DNA of 64,000 nucleotides, from assembly GCA_902781705.1 (NCBI GenBank), contig CACZKE010000010.1, forward strand, positions 31,360-95,359, given 5' to 3'. The position numbers and the translations under genes were made by a program. Source of the DNA: an uncultured Bacteroidia bacterium. Its GTDB lineage: Bacteria > Bacteroidota > Bacteroidia > Bacteroidales > UBA932. A model generated the notes under the pieces. It did not search any database. It saw only the letters and a program-made list of their open reading frames with translations, and was not told where the DNA came from. The first letter of the stretch is position 1. Each line of letters opens with the position of its first letter. Positions 45,770 to 55,434 of the stretch are shown piece after piece.

Positions 45770-48048
45770 AAAAATCCCTTCTGATCCTGGCCGTCCTCGC
45801 AGCGGCCTGCAGCGCCCCGGTCCAAGAAGAACTTGTGACCGACCCGGTTGAATACGTGTCCACCCTCGTGGGCTCCCAGTCGGACTTCACCTTGTCCACG
45901 GGCAACACCTACCCGGCCATCGCCCTTCCCTGGGGCATGAACTTCTGGACCCCGCAGACGGGGAAGAACGGGGACGGATGGGCCTATACCTACGGCGCCC
46001 ACCACATCCGGGGCTTCAAGCAGACACACCAGCCTTCCCCGTGGATCAACGACTACGCCGCCTTCTCGCTGATGCCCGTCCGGGATGCCTCCAAGCCCGG
46101 TGAGAACGAGCGCGCGAGCATCTTCTCCCACCTGAGCGAGGTGGCGAAGCCCTATTACTACAGCGTCTATCTCGCCGACCATGACATCAAGGCCGAAATC
46201 ACCCCGACCGACCGGGCAGCCATGATGCGTTTCACCTTCCCCGAGAGCGAGACCTCCGGCGTGGTGATCGACGCCTATGCCGGCGGCTCCTACGTGAAAG
46301 TGCTGGACGACAAGCGCACGGTCGTGGGATACTGCACCAACAACCACGGCGGCGTGGAAGGCGACTTCAAGAACTGGTTCACCGTCCTCTTCGACAAGGA
46401 CATCGTCTCCTTCGACATCTACAACGGGGACGCACTGGAGTATCCCGAGGACCGTCCCCGGGAGCATGCGATCGCCGTCGTGAAGTTCGCGACCGTCCGG
46501 GGCGAGCAGGTCAACGCCCGCATCGCTTCCTCCTTCATCTCCCCGGAGCAGGCCGACCGCAACCTCCGCGAGGTGGAAGGCGCCTCCTTCGACCAGGTCT
46601 GCGCCGATGCGAAAGCCCGCTGGAACGACGTTCTGGGCCGGATTGCCGTCGGCGGCGGATCCCCGGAGCAGTACCGAACCTTCTACTCCTGCCTGTACCG
46701 CAGCGTCCTCTTCCCGCGGAAACTGTATGAGCTGGACGAGAACGGCCAGCCCGTCCACTACAGCCCCTACAACGGGAAGATCGAAAAGGGCTACCTGTAC
46801 ACCGACACCGGCTTCTGGGACACCTTCCGCGCCCTGTTCCCGCTGCTGAACCTGGTCTATCCCGACGTCAACGCCGAGATCCAGGCCGGCTATGCGAGCG
46901 TCGCCCGCGAGAACTCCTTCCTTCCGGAATGGGCCTCCCCGGGCCACCGCGGCTGCATGGTGGGCAACAATTCCGCCTCCGTCATTGCCGACGCCGTCGT
47001 CAAGGGCGTGAACGACAAGGATCTGCAGGTCCTTTACGACTGCATCCAGTACGGCACGGAACACGTGCATCCGACCGTGAGTTCCACCGGCCGCCTGGGC
47101 CACGAGTACTACAATACGCTGGGTTACGTCCCTTGCGACGTGGGAATCAACGAAAGTGCCGCCCGCACACTGGAGTATGCCTATGACGACTGGTGCATCC
47201 TGCAACTCGCCAAGAAACTCGGCCGTCCGCAGGAAGAACTGGACAAATGGGCTGCCCGCGCCAACAATTGGAAGAACGTCTATAGCGCCGAGGACCGCCT
47301 GATGCGCGGCCGCAATGCCGACGGTTCCTTCCAGGCCGATTTCAGCCCTTACCGCTGGGGTGGTCCCTTCACCGAGGGCAACTCCTGGCATTACACCTGG
47401 TCCGTCTTCCACGACGTGCAGGGTCTGGTCGATGCCATGGGCGGCGAAGCCTCCTTCGCCCAGATGCTGGACTCCGTCTTCGTGGTCCCGCCCATCTATG
47501 ACGACGCCTACTACGGTTTCCGCATCCACGAAATCGCCGAGATGCAGGTGGCCGACATGGGCAACTATGCCCACGGCAACCAGCCCGCCCAGCATATGCT
47601 CTATCTCTACGACTGGGCCGGACAGCCCTGGAAGGGCCAGCAGCACATCCGCGAGACCATGGACCGCCTGTACCGTGCCACGCCGGACGGCTACTGCGGC
47701 GACGAGGACAACGGCCAGACATCGGCCTGGTACGTCTTCTCCGCCCTGGGCTTCTACCCGGTATGTCCGGCCAGCACGCAGTACGCCCTGGGCACGCCCC
47801 TGTTCAGGAAAGCCGTCGTCACCCGCCCGGACGGGAAGAAGGTCGAGATCGACGCTCCCGCGAACGGTGCCGACGCCTTCTATGTGCAGGACATGACCCT
47901 GGACGGCAAGGCCTGGGGACACAACTATCTGGAATACGGCGACCTCGTGAAGGGCGCCCGGGTGCATTTCGACATGGGCACGGCCCCGGCGACGGCCCGT
48001 GGGACGAAACCCGAGGACAAGCCCTACTCCTTCAGCACCGGAAAATAA
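45766..48048 (+). CDS. Glycoside hydrolase family 92 alpha-mannosidase
   Basis: Signal peptide. Signature YCGDEDNGQTSAWYVFSALGFYP. ATGA overlap with GH125. Confidence 0.9.
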   Translation: MKKSLLILAVLAAACSAPVQEELVTDPVEYVSTLVGSQSDFTLSTGNTYPAIALPWGMNFWTPQTGKNGDGWAYTYGAHHIRGFKQTHQPSPWINDYAAFSLMPVRDASKPGENERASIFSHLSEVAKPYYYSVYLADHDIKAEITPTDRAAMMRFTFPESETSGVVIDAYAGGSYVKVLDDKRTVVGYCTNNHGGVEGDFKNWFTVLFDKDIVSFDIYNGDALEYPEDRPREHAIAVVKFATVRGEQVNARIASSFISPEQADRNLREVEGASFDQVCADAKARWNDVLGRIAVGGGSPEQYRTFYSCLYRSVLFPRKLYELDENGQPVHYSPYNGKIEKGYLYTDTGFWDTFRALFPLLNLVYPDVNAEIQAGYASVARENSFLPEWASPGHRGCMVGNNSASVIADAVVKGVNDKDLQVLYDCIQYGTEHVHPTVSSTGRLGHEYYNTLGYVPCDVGINESAARTLEYAYDDWCILQLAKKLGRPQEELDKWAARANNWKNVYSAEDRLMRGRNADGSFQADFSPYRWGGPFTEGNSWHYTWSVFHDVQGLVDAMGGEASFAQMLDSVFVVPPIYDDAYYGFRIHEIAEMQVADMGNYAHGNQPAQHMLYLYDWAGQPWKGQQHIRETMDRLYRATPDGYCGDEDNGQTSAWYVFSALGFYPVCPASTQYALGTPLFRKAVVTRPDGKKVEIDAPANGADAFYVQDMTLDGKAWGHNYLEYGDLVKGARVHFDMGTAPATARGTKPEDKPYSFSTGK

Positions 48049-48073
48049 CCTTGCCCAATCCCGGAAGATTCCG

Positions 48074-48081
48074 TACATTTG
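48074..48081 (+). promoter_or_regulatory. -7 box (TACATTTG) upstream of the GH130 gene
   Basis: TAnnTTTG match, 21 nt upstream of ATG 48103. Confidence 0.45.
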
Positions 48082-48102
48082 CGACGCAAAAACTGACAGA
48101 AC

Positions 48103-49092
48103 ATGAAAATCTTTGGTAATCCGCTCCCGGGCATGCCCTGGGAGGAAAGGCCCGAAGGATGCAAGGACGTCCTCTGGCGCTATAGTGCCAACCCTGTGAT
48201 TCCGAGAGACTTGCTCCCGGACAGCAACAGCATATTCAACAGCGCGGTGGTCCCGTTCAAGGGCGGTTTCGCCGGTGTTTTCCGTTGCGATGACAAGAAC
48301 CGCCGGATGACCCTCCACGTGGGCTTTTCCAAGGACGGTATCAAATGGGACATCAAGCCGGAGACCATCAAGTTCTCCTGCGACATCCCCGAGGTCGCGG
48401 AGTGGGTGTATGGCTACGACCCCCGCGTCGTGGAAATCGAGGGCCGCTACTACGTGACCTGGTGCAACGGTTACCATGGTCCCACCATCGGCGTGGCCTG
48501 GACCGACGATTTCGAGACCTTCCATCAGGTGGAGAACGCCTTCCTGCCGTACAACCGCAACGGCGTACTCTTCCCCAAGAAGATCGACGGCCGTTTCGCG
48601 ATGCTGTCCCGTCCTTCCGACACCGGCCATACGGCCTTCGGAGACATCTTCTACAGCGAGTCGCCGGACCTCGAGTTCTGGGGACACCATCGGCACGTGA
48701 TGGCGCCGGCCCCGTTCGAGGTGAGCGCCTGGCAGTGCATGAAGATCGGCGCTGGCCCCGTCCCGATCGAGACCTCCGAAGGCTGGCTCCTCCTCTATCA
48801 CGGCGTCCTCCGTTCCTGCAACGGCTATGTCTATGCATTCGGCAGCGCCCTGCTGGACCTCGAGCAGCCCTGGAAAGTGCTTGCCCGCAGCGGCCAGTAC
48901 CTCATCAGCCCGCGCGAGTATTACGAACTCGTGGGCGACGTGCCCAGCGTAACCTTCCCCTGCGCCGCCCTGCATGATCCTGAGACCGGCCGCATCGCCG
49001 TCTATTACGGCTGCGCCGACACCGTCACCGGCCTCGCCTTCGGGTACATCCCGGAGATCGTCGAGTTCACCAAGCGCACGAATATCCTGTAG
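48103..49092 (+). CDS. Glycoside hydrolase family 130 (beta-1,4-mannoside phosphorylase-like)
   Basis: No signal peptide. 329 aa. N-terminal WEERPEG...[13 protein letters not shown]...IFNSAVVPF pattern typical of GH130. Confidence 0.85.
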   Translation: MKIFGNPLPGMPWEERPEGCKDVLWRYSANPVIPRDLLPDSNSIFNSAVVPFKGGFAGVFRCDDKNRRMTLHVGFSKDGIKWDIKPETIKFSCDIPEVAEWVYGYDPRVVEIEGRYYVTWCNGYHGPTIGVAWTDDFETFHQVENAFLPYNRNGVLFPKKIDGRFAMLSRPSDTGHTAFGDIFYSESPDLEFWGHHRHVMAPAPFEVSAWQCMKIGAGPVPIETSEGWLLLYHGVLRSCNGYVYAFGSALLDLEQPWKVLARSGQYLISPREYYELVGDVPSVTFPCAALHDPETGRIAVYYGCADTVTGLAFGYIPEIVEFTKRTNIL

Positions 49093-50874
49093 ATGTTGAG
49101 CGTCCTGCTGGCTGCCCTGTTCGCAGCCGATACCCTGCAAATGCCCCGGATGGTAGAGATACCTTCCGGGACATTTTGGATGGGTACGGACAACCCGCCG
49201 ATGGAGGACTGGGACGAGGCGCCCCGGCGGGAAGTGAAGGTCGATGCGTTCCGGATGAGCGCGACGGAAATCACGAACGTGCAGTACGAGGCGTTCGACC
49301 CGACGCACAAGCGGGGCGAGCAGGGATTCTCCACCGGGGACGACGAAGCCGTGACCATGGTATCTTGGGAGGATGCCATGGCCTATTGCCGATGGCTCTC
49401 CAAGCAGACCGGGAAGCACTACCGCCTCCCCACCGAGGAGGAGTGGGAGTACGCCTGCCGGGCGGGAACGACCACGGCCTACAACACGGGCGACACCTTC
49501 CCGGAAAGCCAGTGGAAGGTGCAGCGCAACACCCGCGACAAGGAGCCCGTTTCCTTGCAAGTGGCTCAGTTCGAGCCCAATGCATGGGGGCTCCATGATA
49601 TGCACGGAAATGTGGAGGAATGGTGCTATGATTATTATGGCGACACGGAATTCCGTGTCGTCCGCGGCGGCAGTCACAACACGCCGGTGCGGTATCTGAG
49701 GAGCGCCAACCGGTCCGCATCCGTCCAGGCCGACCGTTCGGTCCTGCTGGGATTCCGGGTCGTGGAGAGTCCCAAGGAGGCCATCCGTGTCCGCTACGGA
49801 CTGTCCTGCCATCCGACTGGATGGCTCAAGACAGTCAGACGTTCGCGGAGACCGGTCTTTCTGGAACCGATTCCCTACATCGTTCCCCCGACGGACAGTC
49901 TGACGCCCTTCTATGCCCATAACCACCAGCCCGCCGTCACCTGGACGGGAGAAGGCAACCGGCATTCCCTTGACCTGCTGGCCGTCTGGTTCTCCACCGA
50001 TGCCGAGGCCGGACGCGAAATGGTCGTCCTGCAATCGCGCTTCCATGGTGGGAAGTGGGATCCCGCCACGCTGTTCTACAAGGTTCCCGACCGGAACATG
50101 ACCGGCAGCGCCCTGCTGACTTACGGAAACAAGATTCTGCATTTCCAGGGCATCGGTGACGCCGGCGAGTGGAAGGATCTCGCGCTCGGCCTGCGGGAAA
50201 GCAAGGACTGCGGCCACACTTGGATGGATACGCGGCTTATCGAACCCCAACACCGCGTCCGCCACCAGGTCATCGCCGGGCCCATCGTCACGAAAGACGG
50301 ACGGATCCTGCTGTGCTGCGACGCCGGACCGGACGGCGAGGCCGGGACTTCGCTCCACGTGTCCAAAGACGGCGGAAAGACCTGGGAGGACACCGGCAGC
50401 AAGATCGCCGGCATCCATGCGGGCATCGTGGAGCGCAAGGACGGCTCCCTGATGGCCTTCGGGCGGGGCAACGCCATCGACGGCCATATGCCCTGCAGCA
50501 TTTCTTATGACGGCGGGTACACATGGACCTACAGCGCTACGGAATTCCCTTCCATCGGCAGCGGCCAGCGTCTGGTACTCAAGCGTTTGCAGGAAGGGCC
50601 CATCATGCTCTGCTCCTTCGACGAGAACGGGCTCTTCGTCGCCCTGAGTTATGACGAAGGCGCTACCTGGCCCGTGAAGAAACTCCTCACCGACGGAAAA
50701 ACCCGCGTCCTGGACGGCGGCGCCTGGACCGGCACCTTCACCCTGGACGCCACCCATGCCGAGCCCAAGGGCTACCTCGCCTGCACCCAATCCCCGGACG
50801 GAATGATCCATCTCCTCTCCAGCCGCGTCCATTACCGCTTCAACCTCGCCTGGATCGAAAAGAAGAATTTGTAA
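49093..50874 (+). CDS. Fusion protein: FGE/SUMF1-type domain + BNR-repeat beta-propeller
   Basis: The N-terminal half has MVEIPSGTFWMG...WEYACRAG...RVVRGGS (formylglycine-generating-enzyme fold). The C-terminal half has four SxDxGxTW BNR repeats: SKDCGHTW, SKDGGKTW, SYDGGYTW, SYDEGATW. Confidence 0.8.
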   Translation: MLSVLLAALFAADTLQMPRMVEIPSGTFWMGTDNPPMEDWDEAPRREVKVDAFRMSATEITNVQYEAFDPTHKRGEQGFSTGDDEAVTMVSWEDAMAYCRWLSKQTGKHYRLPTEEEWEYACRAGTTTAYNTGDTFPESQWKVQRNTRDKEPVSLQVAQFEPNAWGLHDMHGNVEEWCYDYYGDTEFRVVRGGSHNTPVRYLRSANRSASVQADRSVLLGFRVVESPKEAIRVRYGLSCHPTGWLKTVRRSRRPVFLEPIPYIVPPTDSLTPFYAHNHQPAVTWTGEGNRHSLDLLAVWFSTDAEAGREMVVLQSRFHGGKWDPATLFYKVPDRNMTGSALLTYGNKILHFQGIGDAGEWKDLALGLRESKDCGHTWMDTRLIEPQHRVRHQVIAGPIVTKDGRILLCCDAGPDGEAGTSLHVSKDGGKTWEDTGSKIAGIHAGIVERKDGSLMAFGRGNAIDGHMPCSISYDGGYTWTYSATEFPSIGSGQRLVLKRLQEGPIMLCSFDENGLFVALSYDEGATWPVKKLLTDGKTRVLDGGAWTGTFTLDATHAEPKGYLACTQSPDGMIHLLSSRVHYRFNLAWIEKKNL

Positions 50875-50913
50875 TCCAACACGGTTTTTCGTAAATTTAC
50901 ACGATTTAACCGC

Positions 50914-53136
50914 ATGGACATGAAATTCCACACTCTCCTTCTCGCCGCAGCCGCCGCCGTCCTGGCCGCCTGCACGGCGAACCCTTCCACCGAAGACTAC
51001 GCATCCTATGTGAATCCCAAGATCGGCACCGGCGGCCACGGGCATGTGTTCGTGGGCGCGAACGTGCCTTTCGGCTTCGTGCAGTTGGGCCCCACCAGCA
51101 TCCCGCAGACCTGGGACTGGTGCTCCGGCTACCACGACAGCGACCGCACCGTCATCGGCTTCAGCCATACGCACCTCAGCGGCACCGGCATCGGCGACCT
51201 CTTTGACATCACGGTGATGCCGACGACCGGTCCCACGACCCCCGCCCGCGGAACCGAGGCCGATCCCGAGTCCGGCGCCTGGTCCTATGCGGACCGTACG
51301 CAGGAAATCTGCGAGCCCGGCTACTACAGCGTCCCCCTGGAGCGCTACGGGATCAAGGCGGAAATGACCGCCACCGCCCGCGTGGGTTTCCACCGCTATA
51401 CCTTCCCCGCCACGGAGAACGCCAACCTCGTCTTCGACCTGGAGAACGGCGGCTGCTGGGACGATGTGACCGACGCCGGCTTCGAGGTCGTCAAGGATGA
51501 GGATGGGCACGTGAAGGCCCTCGGCGGCTACCGCTTCTCCACCGGATGGGCCCGGAACCAGAAGGTGTTCTTCTGGGCCGAATTCTCCCGCCCCTCCGTG
51601 CAGTTCTCCGTCGCCGAAAACCCGAACAACGACAGCGAACGCCGCCGCGTCCGCAAGCCCGTTTACGGTTACTATGACCTCGGCGCCGTGGAGGAAGGCA
51701 CCCAGGTGCTCGTGAAGGTCGCCCTCTCCCCCGTTTCCGTCGAGGGCGCGAAGGCCAATATGGCCGCGGAACTCCCCGGCTGGGATTTCGAGGCCGTGAA
51801 GGCCGATGCCCGCAAGGCCTGGAACGAGGAACTGGGCCGCGTCGCCATCACCTGCGGCGACCCCGACACCAAGACCGTCTTCTACACCGCCCTCTACCAC
51901 ACGATGGTGGCTCCGTCCGTATATAACGACGTGGACGGCCAGTACCGCGGCTCCGACGATGTCGTCCGCCAGGGCAACTTCCAGAACTACACCACCTTCT
52001 CCCTGTGGGACACCTACCGCGCCGCCATGCCGCTGATGACCCTCATCCATGCGGACCGCTGCAACGACATCACCGCCACCTTCTACAACATCTACAAGGA
52101 GCAGGGCGACCTTCCGGTATGGCACCTGATGGGTAACGAGACCGACTGCATGGTGGGCAATCCGGGCCTCATCGCCTTTGCCGACAACATCGTCAAGGGC
52201 TTCCAGGCCGGCCTGACCAAGGAGCAGATGATCGAGGCCATGACCAAGACGGCCACCACGCCCGACCGCGGCCAGGACCTCCGCATGGAATACGGCTACA
52301 TTCCGGCCGACCTGTACCGCGAATCCGTCGCCAACGACATGGAATACGCCGTCGCCGACGGTGCCCTCGCGAATGCCGCCGCCTTCCTGGGCGACGAAGC
52401 CACGGCCGCCGTCTATCGCGACCGCAGCCACTCCTACCGTCATTTCTGGGATCCCGAACTCCAGTTCATGCGCGGCCGCAAGGTCGATGGCTCCTTCACC
52501 GAGCCCTTCGACCCGATCTACTCCCGCCACGAGACCTCCGACTACACTGAAGGTACCGGCTGGCAGTACATCTGGCTCGTCCCGCAGGACGTGCAGGGTC
52601 TCCAGGACCTCTTCGGTTCCCGCGAGGCGATGCTCGCCAAGTTGGACGGCCTCTTCGAGGCACCGGACCATGTGGAGGGCGAGAACGCCTCTCCGGACAT
52701 CTCCGGCCTCATCGGCCAGTATGCGCACGGCAACGAGCCGGGTCACCACACCCTGTACCTGTACTCCATGCTGGGCGAGCCCGACAAGGCCGCCGACCGC
52801 ATCCGCCAGGTCTATAAGGAGATGTATTTCAACGATGTGGAAGGCCTGGCCGGCAACGAGGACGTGGGCCAGATGAGCGCCTGGTACGTCCTGTCCAGCC
52901 TGGGCTTCTACCAGGTGGAACCCGCCTGCCCGCGCTTCTGGTTCGGCGCCCCGAACTTCGAGAAGGCGGTCGTCAAGGTCGCCGGCGGCGAATTCACCGT
53001 CACGGCCCAGGGCCTTTCCGAGGAGAACCGCTACATCCGCGGCATCAAACTGAACGGCCAGCCCTACGACCTCCCCTACATCGAATACAAGGACATCGTG
53101 AAGGGCGGTACGCTTGAATTCACAATGGGCCGCTGA
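50914..53136 (+). CDS. Glycoside hydrolase family 92 alpha-mannosidase
   Basis: Lipoprotein signal (LAACT). Signature LAGNEDVGQMSAWYVLSSLGFYQ. Confidence 0.9.
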   Translation: MDMKFHTLLLAAAAAVLAACTANPSTEDYASYVNPKIGTGGHGHVFVGANVPFGFVQLGPTSIPQTWDWCSGYHDSDRTVIGFSHTHLSGTGIGDLFDITVMPTTGPTTPARGTEADPESGAWSYADRTQEICEPGYYSVPLERYGIKAEMTATARVGFHRYTFPATENANLVFDLENGGCWDDVTDAGFEVVKDEDGHVKALGGYRFSTGWARNQKVFFWAEFSRPSVQFSVAENPNNDSERRRVRKPVYGYYDLGAVEEGTQVLVKVALSPVSVEGAKANMAAELPGWDFEAVKADARKAWNEELGRVAITCGDPDTKTVFYTALYHTMVAPSVYNDVDGQYRGSDDVVRQGNFQNYTTFSLWDTYRAAMPLMTLIHADRCNDITATFYNIYKEQGDLPVWHLMGNETDCMVGNPGLIAFADNIVKGFQAGLTKEQMIEAMTKTATTPDRGQDLRMEYGYIPADLYRESVANDMEYAVADGALANAAAFLGDEATAAVYRDRSHSYRHFWDPELQFMRGRKVDGSFTEPFDPIYSRHETSDYTEGTGWQYIWLVPQDVQGLQDLFGSREAMLAKLDGLFEAPDHVEGENASPDISGLIGQYAHGNEPGHHTLYLYSMLGEPDKAADRIRQVYKEMYFNDVEGLAGNEDVGQMSAWYVLSSLGFYQVEPACPRFWFGAPNFEKAVVKVAGGEFTVTAQGLSEENRYIRGIKLNGQPYDLPYIEYKDIVKGGTLEFTMGR

Positions 53137-53166
53137 CCTGTCATTTCGAGCGGAGTCGAGAAATCT
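53137..53166 (-). repeat. 27-nt repeat family, intergenic copy (inverted orientation)
   Basis: CCTGTCATTTCGAGCGGAGTCGAGAAATCT is the reverse complement of AGATTTCTCGACTCCGCTCGAAATGACAGG. It starts right after the GH92 stop codon. Confidence 0.85.
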
Positions 53167-53199
53167 GATAGAAAAAGAAACAAACAAAACACTGATAGA

Positions 53200-54303
53200 A
53201 TGGGTAATTATTCCAATGACAGCAGGATCGTCCTTACCCTGGACGCCGGCGGCACCAACATGGTGTTCGGCGCAATGAAGGGCGAACAGTACGTAGGAGA
53301 GCCGATTACGCTCCCCGCCAACGCCAATGACCTGGACCTGTGCCTGAAGACGATGGTCGTCGGGTTCGAGTCCGTGATGAACACCCTCACCGAGAAGCCC
53401 GTCGCCATCAGTTTCGCCTTCCCGGGACCTGCCGACTACCCGAACGGCATCATCGGCGGATACCTTCCCAACTTCCCGTCCTTCCGCGACGGGGTGGCGC
53501 TGGGACCGTTCCTCCAGGAGAAGTTCGGCGTGCCCGTGTTCATCAACAACGACGGTGACCTGTACGCCTTCGGCGAGGCCCTCGGCGGCGCCCTGCCGGC
53601 CGTAAACGAGAAACTGGCTGCCCTGGGCAGCGCCAAGCGCTACCACAACCTCATCGGCTATACCTTCGGCACCGGTTTCGGCATCGGCTGCGTCATCAAC
53701 GGCCAGCTCAACCGCGGTGACAACTCCTGCGTGGAAACCTACTGCCTGCCGCACAGCCGTATCGACGGTGTCATCGTGGAAGACGGCGTCGCCGTCCGCG
53801 CCGTCAAGCGCGTATACGCGGAACGCTCCGGCGTGAACGACCCTTCCCTCACCCCGAAGGACATCTATGACATCGCCGAAGGCAAGCGTCCCGGCAACCC
53901 CGAGGCCGCCAAGGCCGCCTTTGCCGAGATGGGCACCGTCGCCGGCAACGCGATGGCCCTTGCCGCCCAACTTATGGACGGCCTGATCGTCATCGGCGGC
54001 GGCATCACCGCGTCCAAGAAATACTTCATGCCCAGCCTGCTGGAAGCCCTCCGCGGCACGGTCCGGACCCTTTCCGGCGACACCCTCGCCAAACTCCAGA
54101 TGAAGGTTTACAACCTGGACGACGAGGCCGAATTCGCCGCCTTCGCAAAGGGCGACGCCCGCGAACTCAAGGTCTATGGTTCCGACAAGACCGTCACCTA
54201 CGACCCGCAGAAACGCATCGGCGTCATGATCTCCCGGATCGGCGCCTCCAAGGCCATCTCCGTGGGCGCCTACGACTTCGCCCTGGCACAATTAGACGCT
54301 TAA
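53200..54303 (+). CDS. ROK-family sugar kinase
   Basis: LDAGGTNMVFG phosphate-1 motif. ROK-like length (367 aa). Context next to manA. Confidence 0.8.
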   Translation: MGNYSNDSRIVLTLDAGGTNMVFGAMKGEQYVGEPITLPANANDLDLCLKTMVVGFESVMNTLTEKPVAISFAFPGPADYPNGIIGGYLPNFPSFRDGVALGPFLQEKFGVPVFINNDGDLYAFGEALGGALPAVNEKLAALGSAKRYHNLIGYTFGTGFGIGCVINGQLNRGDNSCVETYCLPHSRIDGVIVEDGVAVRAVKRVYAERSGVNDPSLTPKDIYDIAEGKRPGNPEAAKAAFAEMGTVAGNAMALAAQLMDGLIVIGGGITASKKYFMPSLLEALRGTVRTLSGDTLAKLQMKVYNLDDEAEFAAFAKGDARELKVYGSDKTVTYDPQKRIGVMISRIGASKAISVGAYDFALAQLDA

Positions 54304-54307
54304 TACT

Positions 54308-55324
54308 ATGTATCCGCTGAAATTTAAACCTATTTTCAAGACCATCGTCTGGGGTGGTGAGAAGATCGCCCCTTACAAGGGAGTGGAGACCACGCAGGAG
54401 CACATCGGCGAAAGCTGGGAGCTGTCCGGCGTGAAAGGGAACGAGTCCGTCGTGGCGAACGGCGCCCTGGCCGGAAAGACCATCGCGGAGCTCGTGAAGG
54501 AGTACAAGGGCAGCCTCGTAGGCGAGCATGTGTATGCCAATACCGGCGACGAGTTCCCGCTCCTAATCAAGTTCATCGACGCGCTGAGCGACCTGTCCAT
54601 CCAGGTCCATCCGAACGACGAACTGGCGGCCGTGCGGCACAACGGTTCCAAGGGAAAGACCGAGATGTGGTATGTCGTGGCCGCCGAGCCGGGGGCCCAT
54701 CTCCTCGCCGGCATGACGCAGGAAATCACGCCCGAAGAGTATGAGAAACGAGTCGCCGACGGTACGATCACCGACGTGCTGGCCCGCCACGACGTGCATC
54801 CCGGAGACGTGTTCTTCCTCCCGGCCGGACGTATCCACGCCATCTGCGGCGGTTGTTTCATCGCCGAGATCCAGCAGACTTCCGACATCACCTACCGCAT
54901 CTACGACTACGGCCGCCTGGGCCTGGACGGAAAGCCCCGCCAGCTCCACACGGAACTCGCCAAGGACGCCATCGACTATAAAGTGTATCCGGAGTACCGC
55001 ACCCCTTACACTCCCGTCAAGGACGCGGAGAACGAAGTCGTTTCCTGCAAGTACTTCACCACCAGCATCTACGACCTGGACAAAGCCGTCACGAAGAACC
55101 TGGAGGACACCGATTCCTTCCTCGTGGTGATGTGCCTCTCCGGTCACGGCACGCTCACGGACGCCGAACCCGTCTATGACGAGGAAGGCCGTCGCGGCCC
55201 CACCAAGGGTCACCTCATCGACCTCCGTCAGGGCGAGACCGTCCTCATTCCCGCCACCTCCACCGGCGTCACCTTTACCCCCGCCGAGGGCGGCATGAAG
55301 GTGCTGACGAGTTACATCCGGTAG
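54308..55324 (+). CDS. manA: Mannose-6-phosphate isomerase, class I
   Basis: Cupin metal-site motifs LSIQVHPND, GKTEMWYV and GRIHAICGG. Confidence 0.88.
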   Translation: MYPLKFKPIFKTIVWGGEKIAPYKGVETTQEHIGESWELSGVKGNESVVANGALAGKTIAELVKEYKGSLVGEHVYANTGDEFPLLIKFIDALSDLSIQVHPNDELAAVRHNGSKGKTEMWYVVAAEPGAHLLAGMTQEITPEEYEKRVADGTITDVLARHDVHPGDVFFLPAGRIHAICGGCFIAEIQQTSDITYRIYDYGRLGLDGKPRQLHTELAKDAIDYKVYPEYRTPYTPVKDAENEVVSCKYFTTSIYDLDKAVTKNLEDTDSFLVVMCLSGHGTLTDAEPVYDEEGRRGPTKGHLIDLRQGETVLIPATSTGVTFTPAEGGMKVLTSYIR

Positions 55325-55434
55325 CCGTCCCGGCCAACTTTCGACAAATCAAGCGGTTAAAAGAAATTCCCTGGTGCAAACGTACCAGGGAATATCTTTT
55401 AATCATCTGTCGGTCAATCACATGACCGGGACGC
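55325..55434. repeat. 110-bp long-palindrome element filling a convergent gene junction (copy 2)
   Basis: Outer arms CGTCCCGGCC / GACCGGGACG. Core hairpin ATTCCCTGGT-gcaaacgt-ACCAGGGAAT (55366-55393). It spans exactly from the manA stop to the dcp stop. Confidence 0.8.

Noticed and set aside
49800-50874. Calling the BNR-repeat domain a sialidase.
   Set aside because: BNR repeats alone are not diagnostic. I cannot find the FRIP-type arginine motif or other catalytic signatures, so only a BNR beta-propeller is claimed.
45463-54291. An 8.8-kb, 2942-aa stop-free ORF on the minus strand spanning six genes.
   Set aside because: It is exactly codon-aligned antisense to five consecutive plus-strand genes that all happen to share one reading frame (starts 45766, 48103, 49093, 50914 and 53200 are all 1 mod 3). 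In this frame, stops arise only from sense TTA/CTA/TCA codons, which are avoided in GC3-rich genes. The translated sequence is low-complexity (G/A/V/H/D/R-rich) with no motifs. The sense strand carries unmistakable GH92/GH130/ROK signatures. This is a composition artefact. The shared frame of five genes is noted as a curiosity only.
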